A stretch of 64,000 nt of DNA, from positions 1,798,001 through 1,862,000 of the forward strand of contig OZ374557.1 in assembly GCA_977862235.1 (NCBI GenBank), in the 5' to 3' direction. A program made the translations under genes and the position numbers. Below, piece by piece: positions 1 to 12,224 of the stretch; the first letter of the stretch is position 1; each line of letters starts with the position of its first letter. The stretch is from Dudresnaya verticillata. Its lineage: Eukaryota. The notes beneath the pieces are model-generated. The model was not told where the DNA came from. It did no database searches and worked only from the letters and a program-made list of their open reading frames with translations.

Positions 1-2568
1 TGGGGTGGATGTCGGAGGGAGAGCGAGCTTAGGTTTGCGTGGCATCTCGACAAATTCATTGCATGGACGACATTGCTTCTGCTGCGCTTCAATGCGGTTC
101 TTGAGGGCTTGCGGGACCTTGCGGCCTTCTCTTTGTTGGCGAATGAGCTCAATCAATGAGGAGCTTGTCGGGTGTCTCAATACGCTATGCAGATGCTCGA
201 CGTTGTTCTCGGTCAGCTTGGAAAACCACCCATCGCGTTCCCATGGTTGCGTAATGTAGGTTGATAACGGGCAATTGTTGTCCACGGGTAATGCGTTAGC
301 AGCATTGTTCGCGTCGTTTGGATTCTTGATGAGGTTGACAGGCGGGTCGACCAAGTAGTTGAAATGGATGTCCTTCTTTGAGAATGAGAACGCCTGGTTG
401 ATGAGGTCATTCCAGTTGAAATTCGGGTCCAGGTCGATGTTGCATGGCTCGAAGTTCAACCAAATGTGAGAGTTGACTGCAATAGGAATGGTAGCGTTCC
501 ACTTGTTCACGATGATGTGGCTTTGTGCTCCATCTCGGAGGCATATGTCGAACGAGTTGCTTCGGAATGTCTGAAGGCCAACCAAGAACGGTATCGGGGT
601 TGGGGGTAGGACAAACACGACTTGCCGGAAGATATGCTGCTGCCCATGAATATCTTCAACGTTTGCAATTAGGCATGCGGCATGTAGTGCGGAGACTCGA
701 GTACCTGCGAAGCGAAACGGCTTGACATAATTCGGAAGATGAAGTGTCTGAACAGGTTGCCAGTTCGCCTGGGCTAGCCATGGTAGGCTGCAAATGCTCT
801 TCGGGGCGCCTGTATCAAGCAGGATGTGCCTGAATACGGAGATGACGCTGTGAGTCATGGTCTCATCGTTTGACCATGGAAGCATAGGTACGAGGAAGTG
901 ATGAGAAGGAGACGGGTTGTTGTCGTAACTGGTATCGATGACGTATAGGAGTTCGCATATCCAGTTGTCGAAGTCGGAGGTATCCATGCTGTCACTGATG
1001 TCGGCTTCAAAATCGGCAAGGTATGTTGCGATCTCTTCCAGATCATCGGTAGGGTCCTGCTCAATGGCTTCGATGAGCATAACAGCTGCAGATCCAACTT
1101 GCTTCAGGTTATGTAGACGGTTCTCATACTTGCGTCTCTCTGGACAGTTTCGAGCAATGTGACCTTCCATGTTGCATGCGAAGCAGCGGCGAGTACGAAG
1201 TTGAGACGGAACGCGGCTATTCCAACGAGAAGAGTTACCGTATCCTGAGTTACCACGGTAGTTGTTGTATCGCCCGTTTTGACCATGATTTTGGTAACGT
1301 CGTGGGAAGCCTCGATTCTGGTACCTCTGCGGTCGACGGTGTTGAGGCGGCGGTCTTGTTTTGGCGAAGAAGGTGGCGACTAGATCGGGTATCGGGTCAT
1401 GTCCGTTGTCTGGGTTGACAGGAAACATGGGAGTACCGGGTTGCTTCTTGCGTTTGTTGCGGTCATCGTGGTTGGAAGCGGCAGTCTTAAGAAGTTGTCC
1501 AAATGAGAGAGGGTCTTGGTTCGGAGTCGTGCGCTCATAGAGAGTCATACACCACGGGAGATCCTTGAATATCGCACGGATGCGTTCGAGAAGTGTCGCA
1601 TTGTTGTTCATGTGAGCGGGGAGGTCTTTGCAGTGAGCCGTGAGGTAGTCAATACAATTGCCAGTGGCTTCATGCTCTGAACTAACCTTGTTGCGAAAGT
1701 CAGCATACTGAAGAGCGTTCCAACGGTTCATCTTGCGTTGTTGGGTGTTGTGTTCCTTGACAAGAATGTTGGAAAGACCTTCAACAAATTCATCGATGGT
1801 GGCCGAGTTAGACCGGATGCGTTGCGCAGCGTCTTTGGCACGACCAGTTAAGACAGAGAAGAGTGTCGGAACCTTGTGCTCATCGGGTACCTTTGATGCA
1901 TCCATCTGGTCCAGAAACGGCTGCAAGCGGTGGAAGAATGGTTCTTCTTCATCGCCAGTGATGCGATCTGACTTGTCAAAAATGGAGGTGATAATCTTGA
2001 TAGCACTGCTCAGGTCCATGCGATGGTCGTAATCTTGCGTCTTGATCGCAGTGATGGGAGAAGAGTCGGTCGAAGAAGGCGAGTCTTCGGGACAAAGTTG
2101 GGCAGTCTGGTCGTTGTCGTCGATACAATCGTAGCCGTCTAGGTTGGATATGATACAATCAGTCGGGCTCACGTTACGCGTGCGGGGGCGAGAACACTTG
2201 GTGAAGTTGATGAGGATGTGGTGTAGAGTTTTTAACCAGAAGGGCTTCATCTTGCGGACTGCTGTGGCAGAGATGTAGAAGGAGAAATGGTCACAGCGTT
2301 CGATGATGTTGGTGTAGGAACGGAAGTCGAACTCCAAAGCTGCGGCGAGGGTAGCTGGAATCGGACCGGCGTCCGGGTTGTGCTCAGGGGTGAGCTGTGA
2401 GGTGACGAGGCAGATGTTTGTGCACGGCCATGGTTCGTCGTCGTTGAGGTCTTGGGGGCGGCGGAAGAAGTGCCAAATGTCCTTGGTCTGAGCACGAAGC
2501 TCATCGGAGATGTGGTCTTCTTGAGGGCGGTTCAGCATCGGACCGGCTGAGTTGTGAGACTCTGCCAT
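1..2568 (-). CDS. Ty1/copia gag-protease-integrase polyprotein (element 1), uninterrupted reading frame running off the left edge
   Basis: Manual translation from ATG at 2568 (MAESHNSAGP...) has no stop down to base 1, so the ORF track misses it. It contains a zinc knuckle CFACNMEGHIARNC (~1140-1185), protease ILLDTGAPKSIC (~795-830) and an integrase Zn finger LHSVLRHP...CRPC (~60-195). PR followed by IN is the copia domain order. Confidence 0.9.
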   Translation of the reverse strand, partial: MAESHNSAGPMLNRPQEDHISDELRAQTKDIWHFFRRPQDLNDDEPWPCTNICLVTSQLTPEHNPDAGPIPATLAAALEFDFRSYTNIIERCDHFSFYISATAVRKMKPFWLKTLHHILINFTKCSRPRTRNVSPTDCIISNLDGYDCIDDNDQTAQLCPEDSPSSTDSSPITAIKTQDYDHRMDLSSAIKIITSIFDKSDRITGDEEEPFFHRLQPFLDQMDASKVPDEHKVPTLFSVLTGRAKDAAQRIRSNSATIDEFVEGLSNILVKEHNTQQRKMNRWNALQYADFRNKVSSEHEATGNCIDYLTAHCKDLPAHMNNNATLLERIRAIFKDLPWCMTLYERTTPNQDPLSFGQLLKTAASNHDDRNKRKKQPGTPMFPVNPDNGHDPIPDLVATFFAKTRPPPQHRRPQRYQNRGFPRRYQNHGQNGRYNNYRGNSGYGNSSRWNSRVPSQLRTRRCFACNMEGHIARNCPERRKYENRLHNLKQVGSAAVMLIEAIEQDPTDDLEEIATYLADFEADISDSMDTSDFDNWICELLYVIDTSYDNNPSPSHHFLVPMLPWSNDETMTHSVISVFRHILLDTGAPKSICSLPWLAQANWQPVQTLHLPNYVKPFRFAGTRVSALHAACLIANVEDIHGQQHIFRQVVFVLPPTPIPFLVGLQTFRSNSFDICLRDGAQSHIIVNKWNATIPIAVNSHIWLNFEPCNIDLDPNFNWNDLINQAFSFSKKDIHFNYLVDPPVNLIKNPNDANNAANALPVDNNCPLSTYITQPWERDGWFSKLTENNVEHLHSVLRHPTSSSLIELIRQQREGRKVPQALKNRIEAQQKQCRPCNEFVEMPRKPKLALPPTSTP

Positions 2569-2737
2569 AGTAGGAGGCTGGGAGGGTGCGGTGAAGCGGG
2601 TGAACAAGTCGCGAGCGGTGGCTCAGCTTCTTGTGACTCAATGCCGACGGCAGTGAGCTGTTCCGAAAGCGAGCGATGGCTCAGCCAAGGAATCAACAGC
2701 GGCTAGAACGAGAAACGTTGACCAGTCGATGCTACCA

Positions 2738-2890
2738 TGTGGGTGACACAACGGTTTATTGGTAAGAATCTGATGACTATGATAGCGGAGTGGCGCGGGT
2801 ACTGTGTCCCTTGATATAGGGTTCGGTCCCACGCTCGTCGAGGGATCCGGCGTCGTCCGTACCGACGGTGCTAGCCTATCTTACAGTACA
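2738..2890 (-). repeat. Putative short 5' LTR of copia element 1
   Basis: On the minus strand it reads TGTACTG...CACCCACA, with a TATA-like CCTATATC and AATAAA. It is followed by TGGTAGCA, which matches the 3' end of animal/fungal-type tRNA-iMet. The partner LTR is outside the window, so the boundaries are unverified. Confidence 0.55.
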
Positions 2891-3200
2891 TAACTTACAC
2901 TACCCGTTACACTGAGCATTGCAATGTACATGTATGCAAATTTTTGGTCGGTCGAGTTCTGAAGTCAATTTTGGCGCGGAAATGTCTAAGACAAATTTGG
3001 ATTACCGTGTGCATGATTCCCAGTGATTCCATCTCGAGATGTTCCTATGCTTCCGTCTCCGCTCTTAGTCGGAATAACACCTCGCTGAAAGCTGGTTTAC
3101 TCTTCTGGTGAAGCAAATAGTACAAACCTGGCCTCAAGGAAGGCTTTCTGGCAGCCTAGTACTGCATTCCACTAGCTGTCATCTTATCGCACTAGGTAGT

Positions 3201-4928
3201 ATGGAGGTGTATCATGCACGATCGAATTCTCAAGGCCTTGTCCCCGGGGACACGGCGATAAGGTTTGATTGCTCTCAACTCGCGATCATCAAGGCATTTC
3301 AGAATGGTAAGAGCTTGGCCATCCTTGGGGGAGCTGGATCCGGAAAAACATTTGTTATGAAGGAACTCGTGAGGCGTGCCCGCTCAAGGACCGACGGAAG
3401 GAAAGCAGTCGCAGTCTGTGCATTGAGCAATGTTGCCGCATCCGCTCTTAATGGGTGTAGCATGCACTCTTTGTTTTCAGGGCTTTGTTCTTGGGAATGG
3501 TCCAAGAGGTTGCTCTGGGAGAAAGTTTCCAAAAGTGAAAGACTTTCTGGGGTTCTGCGTGCAGTCAAAATAGTCATTATAGATGAGATGTCCCTTATCA
3601 AAAGAAACGAAATAGAAGCTATCGAATATGTTCTTCGTCGCCTCACATCCAGTGAGGCGGATGCTGCCTTGCCCTTGGGTGGAAGGCAACTGGTCGCTGC
3701 CGGAGACCCATTTCAGCTCGAGCCATGTGGAGTCGAAGATACGAAGTGTTACTTTGAGACCTTCTTCCAGTCGCGAGTCTGGTTTCTGATGTTTACCGGA
3801 TATGGAAATTGCGTAATCGCATTACTAGATCACAACCATTGGCAAAGAGGAGACAGAAGGTATTTTTCTATGCTGCAAAGGTTTCGATACGGCTTCCAGT
3901 CTGACTGTGATATTGATGCTCTGAACAGTACAAGCAATTTGTCGCCCAGTGCTCCTCCTCGTTCTTCGACCCGCCTATGTCTTAAGAAGGCAGAAGTAAG
4001 CACTGTGAACAATAGAGAGCTGCAGGAACTACAAGGGCCTGACTTTGTGTCAATTGCGGTGGACAGACATGGTAGTAGAGCTTCAGATTCAATCGCGAAG
4101 CGCTTGGGCGAAGTTGCGCCGGAAAGGTTGGCTCTGAGGAAGAATTGTTTGGTTGTGCTTACCAGGAAATGCGGATGTTTCAATCCAGGATCAAGGTTTG
4201 AAGTATTGGACATTGAAGTCAGCCAGCCTGTCCCGCCAGTGAGGCCACGATTGCATGGACGGGAGAGAGAACGGCTTCTCGATGCCAGGCATGTGTCACT
4301 GGTCCGATCGCAGCCATTCGCATCTTCATCGAGAAGGGCCAGCTTAAGGAGTACAAACACTCTTCGTGTGCGATCAATGGATTTCAACGTACACAACTAC
4401 GACACGAGTGTTGCTGGGACAAGAATTCAGCTTCCCGTTATCGTTGCTTATGCGATGACGATCCACCGCAGTCAAGGAATGTCTCTTAACAGCGTGGCAG
4501 TGGATTTCTCTAGAATGGGTTCATGGAGGCCGAATGGAATGGTGTACGTTTCGCTGTCACGTTGCATACAGAAGGATTCTTTATGGGTCAAAGGCCTGTC
4601 CGGTGATCATGTCTGTGTCAGTGAGAGAGCCAAGGTAGCTATGTCGGGAATCTCGAGATTTGCTGAAAGTCACCCAGTGCGATTTATCGGAAAGGAGGCC
4701 CTCCGAAATTATCTTTCCGATGTTGGGAACATCTATGGTGAAAGCCAGACAACGAACAGTGGTGAGATAAACGGGAAAACCGGGCAAGATAGCATTATTC
4801 AGCAGAAGAGTGCGACGTCGCATAGTACTATGGATTCGCGGAAACGGAGGAGGGATAATTTCGAAAACGAAAGTAAGGAAGACATCGACCCGAATGTGAT
4901 TAGCCCCACGAAGCTTGTTGTGCTCTGA
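3201..4928 (+). CDS. PIF1: PIF1-family SF1B DNA helicase
   Basis: Walker A GGAGSGKT, IIDEMS, GDPFQLEP, QLPVIVAYAMTIHRSQGMSL and YVSLSR. ORF is open from 3108; first ATG at 3201. No Helitron Rep domain is seen. Confidence 0.9.
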   Translation: MEVYHARSNSQGLVPGDTAIRFDCSQLAIIKAFQNGKSLAILGGAGSGKTFVMKELVRRARSRTDGRKAVAVCALSNVAASALNGCSMHSLFSGLCSWEWSKRLLWEKVSKSERLSGVLRAVKIVIIDEMSLIKRNEIEAIEYVLRRLTSSEADAALPLGGRQLVAAGDPFQLEPCGVEDTKCYFETFFQSRVWFLMFTGYGNCVIALLDHNHWQRGDRRYFSMLQRFRYGFQSDCDIDALNSTSNLSPSAPPRSSTRLCLKKAEVSTVNNRELQELQGPDFVSIAVDRHGSRASDSIAKRLGEVAPERLALRKNCLVVLTRKCGCFNPGSRFEVLDIEVSQPVPPVRPRLHGRERERLLDARHVSLVRSQPFASSSRRASLRSTNTLRVRSMDFNVHNYDTSVAGTRIQLPVIVAYAMTIHRSQGMSLNSVAVDFSRMGSWRPNGMVYVSLSRCIQKDSLWVKGLSGDHVCVSERAKVAMSGISRFAESHPVRFIGKEALRNYLSDVGNIYGESQTTNSGEINGKTGQDSIIQQKSATSHSTMDSRKRRRDNFENESKEDIDPNVISPTKLVVL

Positions 4929-5659
4929 ACACTTGGACGGATTATCCGGTAGACGTTAACATTGTGGAGGTTCTTAGGAGAGCTTCATGCAATTGAAACT
5001 GTACGAAAATCAGAGTAAGGGAATTTCCGCTTAAGCGTACCAGTAGATAGATTTTTAGTCTCGCATTCCTGTAAATTTATCTTCACAGGGGAATAGAATA
5101 GAAACTTGTTTTAGTAGATAATGATGTTCATAGATAGTGGTTCACATCCAAAAGAGTTGCTAAAGACCTGTTTAGGAGCCATCGATCTGACTAAATAACT
5201 TAACAAACAATGGCACCTTTGGATATCATTTCACAGACACATTGCTACTGAAAACGATTCCACAGCACATTTATAGGGATTTTCTTCTGATGCCGTGTGC
5301 TTTATGATCATGATGAAAACATTGTTAGTCCGTAAGAAGATCCGATTGGTAGCGGCGAATGTGAATTCACTGGTTAACCAGGCAATCCATAAGCATCAAA
5401 TTTTGGATCTGGTTCTTTGAGCGAATAGTTTAATCTTCGTGCTTTCAATAATAATATATGTACTGACTCCAAAATACCTGTAGGACTCATTTCTATTTGG
5501 CTATTTGTTAAACGTCGGCAAGCCAGAGATCTTCCAAAATCCTAAGTTACAAGAAAGTCTCGGAACATATGTTCACAGTATAATATGTTTGTGGAATCAA
5601 TATTTACATGTCAATAGGCCTGTAAAATAAATTACTTGGGTATCTAAATGTAGATTGTA

Positions 5660-6185
5660 TGGGCCGCTGAAACGAAGTAAGACAGAATTATTTCGGCGGC
5701 ATAGAAAGTGCAACGAGGAGACCACCCTGATTCGAGGCTGGTTTGGCCGCCGAAACGAATCGCTCGCCGAAACGTTTCGGCGGCCTAGACAGTACAACGA
5801 GGGGATCACCCTGCGTCGAGGCTGGTTTGGCCGCCGAAACGAATCAGCGATCGATTTGTTCCGATTTGTTCCGGCGGCCCAGACAGCGCAACGAGGAGAC
5901 CACCCTGCAGCGAGGCTGGCTTGGCCGCCGATACGAATCGGTTGCCGAATCGTTTTGGCGGCCTAGACAGTACAACGAGGGGAACACCCTGTTTCAAGGC
6001 TGGTTTGGCCGCCGAAACGAATCGCTCGCCGATTCGTTTCGTCCCCTGTACGATCAAGTAAGATGCATGTGTGTCAATAGGGGACGAAACAAAAGTATCA
6101 TCCGATTCGTTTCGGCGGGCAGAAAATATTGTAATTTAATGATGTGGCAAAAAGCCATCTGATCTCCTTTCGTTTCGGCGGCCTA
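5660..6185. repeat. Array of ~4 imperfect ~85-95 bp units built from alternating GGCCGCCGAAACGAAT and its reverse complement
   Basis: Motif at ~5661, 5745, 5829, 5923 and 6007; reverse-complement copies at ~5690, 5773, 5868, 5951, 6105 and 6168. Confidence 0.85.
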
Positions 6186-6934
6186 TACGATCTGCGTTTT
6201 GCCCATCTTGTAAAACGTTTCTTAGACAGATGCGTCTGCGGAAATACTTTCATAGGCATAGCTGAGGATATGGTAGTGCCAAAACCGTTACATGGAAACC
6301 ATCCCCCTCACACTTGCGAACAGAAAGGGTGCTGTATAGGAACCTCGGCCAGTTCCAGGCCGGAATTAGAGGTGCTTTATCAGGGCTATATAGAGACACC
6401 TGATGATATGTCCAATACGAGGGGTGCCACAGTGGCATGAGAGAGGGGAGAGAGAGCCTGAGGGGTGGCATGAGAGCGTAGAGAGAGCCTGTCTTTCCTG
6501 CGCAGCTGGAAGGGGTGCTGAGAGGGATAGTAGGCAGCAACGTCTCAAGGGCATTGTGAAGCATGTAACAAGCGTAGCGCTCCATAACGCGTCGCTTCAG
6601 CAAAGGAGCGGACTGTAATGCTCGAGCTGCCCGCTGAAACCCTGGAGGTGCTAGAGGTGCCGGCAACTCCCAGCAGAAGGCACCAGAAAGACACGTGATA
6701 CCGGCGCTGCTCAGCGACTCGTGAGGGGGGCATGTCCTCACGGCGCATTTTCGGCTTTGTCATGACGTTCGTGTTTTGTCTTTATTTTTTCTTCGACTGG
6801 TCATAAACCGACCGTCCCCTCCACTCACCGACCGTCCCCCCAATCAAGCTCATATACGCACACTCTCCCTTTCGTTTCGGCCCCTCCAACTTCAATGGTT
6901 CGCTCGTGTGGGCCGACAGCGCGAAGCTGCACAG

Positions 6935-7078
6935 CACTTACTCAGAAAGCCATTCTCACGTGAACTTGCTATTTCCTTTATATTCTTATGCAGCCCTCCT
7001 CTCCTTAATCATACACCTCCCTCTGTCCCCCCTTCCCCTCCCTCTTTCACCCGACCCCTGTTATTTCAATAGTTCACC
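6935..7078. repeat. Dispersed ~140-bp repeat, copy 1
   Basis: Reverse complement of 50832-50970 and 57340-57460 (shared ggtgtatgatt...ggctgcata.gaata..aaggaaatag...cacgtgaga). Confidence 0.85.
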
Positions 7079-7598
7079 CGCCATCAATTACGCTGCCTTG
7101 GAGGGCGCTCATTGGTCACCCTGTCCTCAAAGTGTGGGCACAGTGTGTGCTATTTCTACTGAAATGCACTCCTTCGAGCAGTTTCCGTGCAATTGGTGAC
7201 GAGCACTCAATGTAGACACTCAAAAGCCTGAAATCCCACAAGCTCCCGCCGGCAAGAGCACTCCTGTCAGTTGTGCGCCCACAGCTGTCACCTACAACAT
7301 TCCTTCAACACGCCTGTGATCTGACGTATTTCTTGTCTCCGCAGTCGGGCAAACAGAGGTTAGTGGCAACCTGATCGAGATATCTTCCCCCAATCGTGTG
7401 TTCTCCGCTTGAGTGGGTAGCACGCCGAGCTGAGGACAATCAGGACGATCAGGACCATCAGGCGGTTTCGCTATCATTGGCTCTATTGTACTAAGCATCA
7501 ACGCACCGTATTTTTAGTACGACTCTATCGGTGCTTGCTGTCGTTTTACCTCACAGCACGCCGCGGGCGCTATACCCTCGTCCCCTCTACTTGCGCAG

Positions 7599-8861
7599 GT
7601 GGTGCGCCCGCCTCGCGGATTATTCAGCGAGCTGACCTCGCTGCAATCTAGCAACAAGCCCACGGGCTCTTCACCAACGATATCACACTTGCGCTACGGT
7701 GCAGTCGGGCTGCGAGCGGGCTTCGTTCGGCAAGAGTCCCGCCCACTGGCGTTCTTACCGGTCAAGGCTCAGCGTTATGCGAGGCTAGAAGGAACCAGGC
7801 TTAGTCTGGCAAAGGGACCACATGGAGAGGTTCTTTGGTCGTTTGACATTGCTGGCAGTGTCGTCGACTGTTCCGCAGACGACGGGAAGATATTGATTTC
7901 AATTATGGATAGCCAGCATCGTCGCCGACGCGTCATGGCTCTAACAGCGCCCGACGAGAAGGCCTTTCAGCTTTGGAGTACATGGCTGACGAGAGCGAGT
8001 AAGAGCGTCTTAGAAATGCACTACAGCATGGATAGGCTGATTAACAAAGGAGCCTTTGCACGAGTAGTTCTCGGGAAGGACCTACATACTAATGAACCAG
8101 TGGCCATCAAGCTCATCGAGAAGAGCAATGCACCACCTTCGGTACGGAAGTATTTTGAACGTGAAGTTCGAATTACTCAATGCTTGTCACATCCGAATAT
8201 TGTCGAATGCTATGACGTTTTTGATAACAGGTTGCGTACCAGAATTGTAATGGAGTATGTTCGGGGCGGGACCCTTGCCGACGTCATTGCAAGACACGAT
8301 GGTCCGCTGCCGGAGTGCGAGTGCAAGAGCATTATGCGCGACATTCTCTCAGGCGTGCAGTATCTTCACGAAATGGGTACGATTCATCGCGATTTGAAGC
8401 CAGATAATTGCCTTTTGTCGGACTCGAAGAAACCATATGGTGTAGCAAAGCTTAGTGATTTCGGGTTGTCGAACGTGTTGACAAAGTCATCTAATGCACG
8501 AAGTGAACGTCGAAGGGAGTATGGTGTTTTGACAAGTGCAGTCGGAAGCCCCGCATTCGCTGCCCCGGAGATTTTCGAATCCAGTTACGGCACGGCTGTG
8601 GACATTTGGTCTTGCGGGGTAATCTTGTACATGCTTTTGAGTGGTGGGGTGATGCCGTTTGCGGGCGCTTCGACATCAGAAATTGTAAGTCATGCTCGGA
8701 GAGGCGAAATTGATTTTTCATCAGAGGGGCTGGCGAACACATCCGAGCTAGCAAAGTCCCTCGTGCGTGCGTTGCTCAATGTTGATGGGAAGCAGCGCTT
8801 AACTGCAGGGGCAGCATTGCAACACCCTTGGTTCGCTCTCGAGCAAACCAAGGCCAGGTGA
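7599..8861 (+). CDS. Ser/Thr protein kinase (CAMK-like) with a probable N-terminal PH-like region
   Basis: [24 protein letters not shown] and DIWSCG motifs. The ORF begins right after a pyrimidine-rich ...tgcgcag, which resembles a splice acceptor, so the true start may lie in an upstream exon. Confidence 0.9.
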   Translation: MVRPPRGLFSELTSLQSSNKPTGSSPTISHLRYGAVGLRAGFVRQESRPLAFLPVKAQRYARLEGTRLSLAKGPHGEVLWSFDIAGSVVDCSADDGKILISIMDSQHRRRRVMALTAPDEKAFQLWSTWLTRASKSVLEMHYSMDRLINKGAFARVVLGKDLHTNEPVAIKLIEKSNAPPSVRKYFEREVRITQCLSHPNIVECYDVFDNRLRTRIVMEYVRGGTLADVIARHDGPLPECECKSIMRDILSGVQYLHEMGTIHRDLKPDNCLLSDSKKPYGVAKLSDFGLSNVLTKSSNARSERRREYGVLTSAVGSPAFAAPEIFESSYGTAVDIWSCGVILYMLLSGGVMPFAGASTSEIVSHARRGEIDFSSEGLANTSELAKSLVRALLNVDGKQRLTAGAALQHPWFALEQTKAR

Positions 8862-9384
8862 GCAGAGGGAAACAACGAAGCTATGTCAATCCCATCTGTA
8901 AAATGCGGACTGGCATCCGTTGTCTTCGTGCCTAGTGTATCAAGCGAGGGTGGTGTTTGCGCAATTTCTCCGTGGCGTTTGCAGGGGAGACTTTGTTACC
9001 GGCTTGAGAAAACATGCCGCATCCACAAATTATGATCTGCAGTACTGGACTTCTCAAGAATCATGCGACCTCATCGCAGCCATCGACTAAAGAACACCAG
9101 GGTGTAGCGTAAGAGCACAATGGGTGGATTGGGAATTGACACTCGACCACTCGACCACCCCCTTGGCCAATGAGAAGACGTTGCGAATGTAGTGACAGCA
9201 GTGAGAAAATGCGGTGAAGCGTGGCGTGTCAGCGGACCCCTCCACACTTGACCATTCGAACTCACTTAGCTGCCCCGCAGTCGCGCCCCGTCCAATGCAT
9301 CCCCTCCGCCGCGTGCGCGCCCCCCACCTGCGATGAACGCCGCCGCCGCCGCCGCCGCTCCCGCTCCTCGCCCTGTGCTACGCC

Positions 9385-10755
9385 GTGCTGCCGCCGCTGC
9401 TGGACGTGGTGCCGGCCGCGGACACGCCGCGCGCGCTGCATCTGCCGGCCGCGTCCGCGCTGCTGTGGCTGTGCACGCCTGTGCAGGCCGCGTGGCTGTC
9501 GCACCCGCCGGCCGCGCGTGACGGCGCGCGCGCAGTCATGCTGCTCGACTTTGCCGCCTTTGTGCTGTGCCTCGCCTGCATCCCGGCCTTTGCGCTCGGC
9601 GTCGTGCGGCGCAAGCCTTCTTGCGCGCAGCGGACGTGCTGCCGCTGCTTGTCGCGCTCCATGTCGTTCACCGTGTACATGATGGCCGGCCCCGCGTGGC
9701 GCATGCTGGGCGCTTCGTGCCAGTCACACCGACACATCAATTGGTACTGCCTTCCTCGCCCCGTTTCGCCGCCGCACGTCACTGCCTCCCCGTTGCAGTG
9801 GCTCTCTTGGCTGCCGTGGCGGCCCCCGGAGCCGGAAGAGATGCTCACGAGCGCGGCCGCCGAGGGGGGGAGGAGGCTGCTCGGCGTCTCCACTTTTGGA
9901 GGGCCGTCAGTGCAACTGCTCGTGTATTTGCCAGCATTGCTTGGCGTGTCCGTGGTGGTGTATCTCGGTGTGCAGGCACCGCTAGAAGCTTTTATTGTGT
10001 CTGCGCATAGGCGTTTGATGCAGCTTGCGGAGGATGGCTTGTTGTCGCAATCTTCTGTGTGGTCGCGCCTGGTGGTATTGCTCTGTGTGGGGCCTGAGAG
10101 AGGTAAGAAGCCGAAGAGGAGCGGTTCTTTTGCGGAGCGCGTCATTCGTGTGCTGCTATACTACCTCGGAGGCGCGTTCTGTTTGCGGTTTGTATTCCGG
10201 TACAGCCTGCCAATAACGATTCACGTGTTGCACACAAGGCCAGGTTCGGCATTTTGCCTTCTGCCAGGATAGACCTTGCCTCACAGATCCCGGAGCCTTC
10301 AATTAGCGAAATAGTGGTTCCACAAGAGTATTCGCCCCCCAATGGGGCAATGTACAAAGCAAGGGCTCTCAACTACGCAATAGAAGCATCTCCAGCAAGA
10401 TCAATGGATTGGATCGTACATTTAGACGAAGAAACACGCTTTGATTCGGATACAATACGGGCGATTTTGCAGCACTGTGGCAGGGAAACATACTTGACGA
10501 GGGCGGCAAAATCACAGCAATGGCCACGAATAGGGCAAGGGTCGATTCTTTATGGACGTGCCCTAACAGATAGATCTGTTGCTGGAGGCGACTTAGGAAC
10601 TCGAAACTGGTTGACCACGCTCGCGGATTTGGGCCGAGTCTCCGACGACTGCGGGCGTTATCGGATACAGTATGATGAGTGTAGCGAGGTATGGGTTGGC
10701 ATGCATGGATCGTTCGTGATTGCCGCGAATTGCGTGGAGCAGGAGGTGACGTTGG
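9385..10755 (+). pseudogene. egghead/bre-3-like GT2 beta-1,4-mannosyltransferase, 5' part (frameshifted, interrupted by copia A)
   Basis: EIVVPQEY...AMYKARALNYAIE...DWIVHLDEET...GQGSILY...NWLTTLADLGRVSDD...GSFV...EQEVT closely parallels Drosophila Egghead motifs. The hydrophobic N-terminal part lies in another frame. Confidence 0.85.
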
Positions 10756-12224
10756 TGTGGGAGTGAATTCGAGGAAAAGACAGAAAATCGGTGATTTATT
10801 CAAATAGCCGTATTTGTAATCGGGCTACGCCGTCCGCACAAAAAGCGGCGACCGATCGCGGGCGGGCGGAATAAAAGGCGCATGCGGACCGACGCATCCT
10901 CCAGGTCCAAGGCAGAGACGAGACAAGGAAAACCAACGGACCAACCTCAGACCTGGAGGGGGACAACTTTGTGCCCTCCACCTTCGCCTCCCGAGTCTCC
11001 CTAACCTCCTTGCAAGCTGTGGCAGTATGTGTCGTCCGTAGCCGGTCGACACGCGCGCGCGGCGTGAGAGTGGTGTACAATCACCGCTCTGCGGGCACGG
11101 CGCGCAGGGTCGCGGAACGCGGGGAAAGGGGCGCGAGCGGGGCGAAGCGGGGCGCGAGGGGAGCGAGGCGGGGCGCGAGGGGAGCGAGGCGGGGCGCGAG
11201 GGGAGCGAGCGGGTCAGAGAGGCGGGCGAGGTTTATCGAAGCAAGGGAAGAGGGCTACGGCAGACCACCGCGGCTGACGCAACGGACGTTCTCGTCAACG
11301 CTGCTTACTCTTCTACTTCGATCGTGCTCTCGAGGAGCGGGGGTGGTCTGCAGTGGTCAGCGGGGCTTGAAGTAGCCCAGCCAGTTGCAGTCGGGCGCGC
11401 GCGTCGCGCGCGGACGGCGCGTTGGTCGCCGACGGCGGGAGCACTGTAAGGTATCTTACAGTGCAACTCTGCGACACAGATGGGTGCAAATCGACACTCC
11501 CCCCTGTCGCAGAACGGTCGTCGGCGATGCGCGCATAGCTAATTTGCATTAGACATAGGCGGGAAGAATAGTCGGGCGCAGGGCGGCAATTTCCGGGCCA
11601 AAAATCTGGCACCGAAATCGTCGGGTAGAAATTGCACACTATGATAATCATGAGGCGGGCAGATAAATCGGGCCTAGGGCGGCAATTTCGGGGCGGGAAA
11701 TCGTGCGCCAAATGGTCGGGTAGAAAATATCAACTGTGATAATCATCAGGCGGGATATAAGAGGCCACTGGGTGTGCCTTCCTTCCCCTCCCCTGCCCTG
11801 CTCACGAACCAACCTGACCGCGCAGCACCCTATGGCGTCCTGGTTCGCTTGTGGACTCGTCTTCACTCAAATGGTAGCTTGCTACCACTCCTTCTTGCCG
11901 ATTGACCCATGCGGCGGGCTACAAGACACATTTGTTGTGCCGGTCCGCAGCTTCGCGCTCAACCTTGCGGGGGAAACCCCAATGGGAGAGGTCCAATTCT
12001 CTACGCCATCCAAACGTCGTATGGGTCGGGGCCCAAAAGGCTTCGTGCCGGGTCCCAGTTGCAAGTTGGGGGGCTTCAACCATCTTGGACGCTTGGGGTG
12101 TTTGCAATGTCTTCTTCTTGTTCGTGGGTATGCGAAACAATGCGAGACTTGCGAAAATGCCTCAGAATACTGACAGTTTCTTTCTTCTTTGCGCGAACGG
12201 TAATGCCGTCATCGTGCGTCTCTG

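Noticed and set aside
2730..2737. TGGTAGCA of copia element 1 as another palindromic site
   Set aside because: It is only an imperfect palindrome, is adequately explained as a tRNA-iMet 3'-end PBS, and the LTR boundary is unverified.
5660..6060. CRISPR-like array
   Set aside because: The 'spacers' are homologous to one another, the repeats alternate in orientation, the context is eukaryotic and there are no cas genes.
2890..7080. Autonomous Helitron around PIF1
   Set aside because: No HUH/Rep motifs, and no convincing 5'-TC or 3' hairpin-CTRR termini were found.
10971..11375. 134-143-aa Arg/Gly-rich ORFs (also 17555-17986)
   Set aside because: These are translations of the G-rich LTR minisatellite of copia B.
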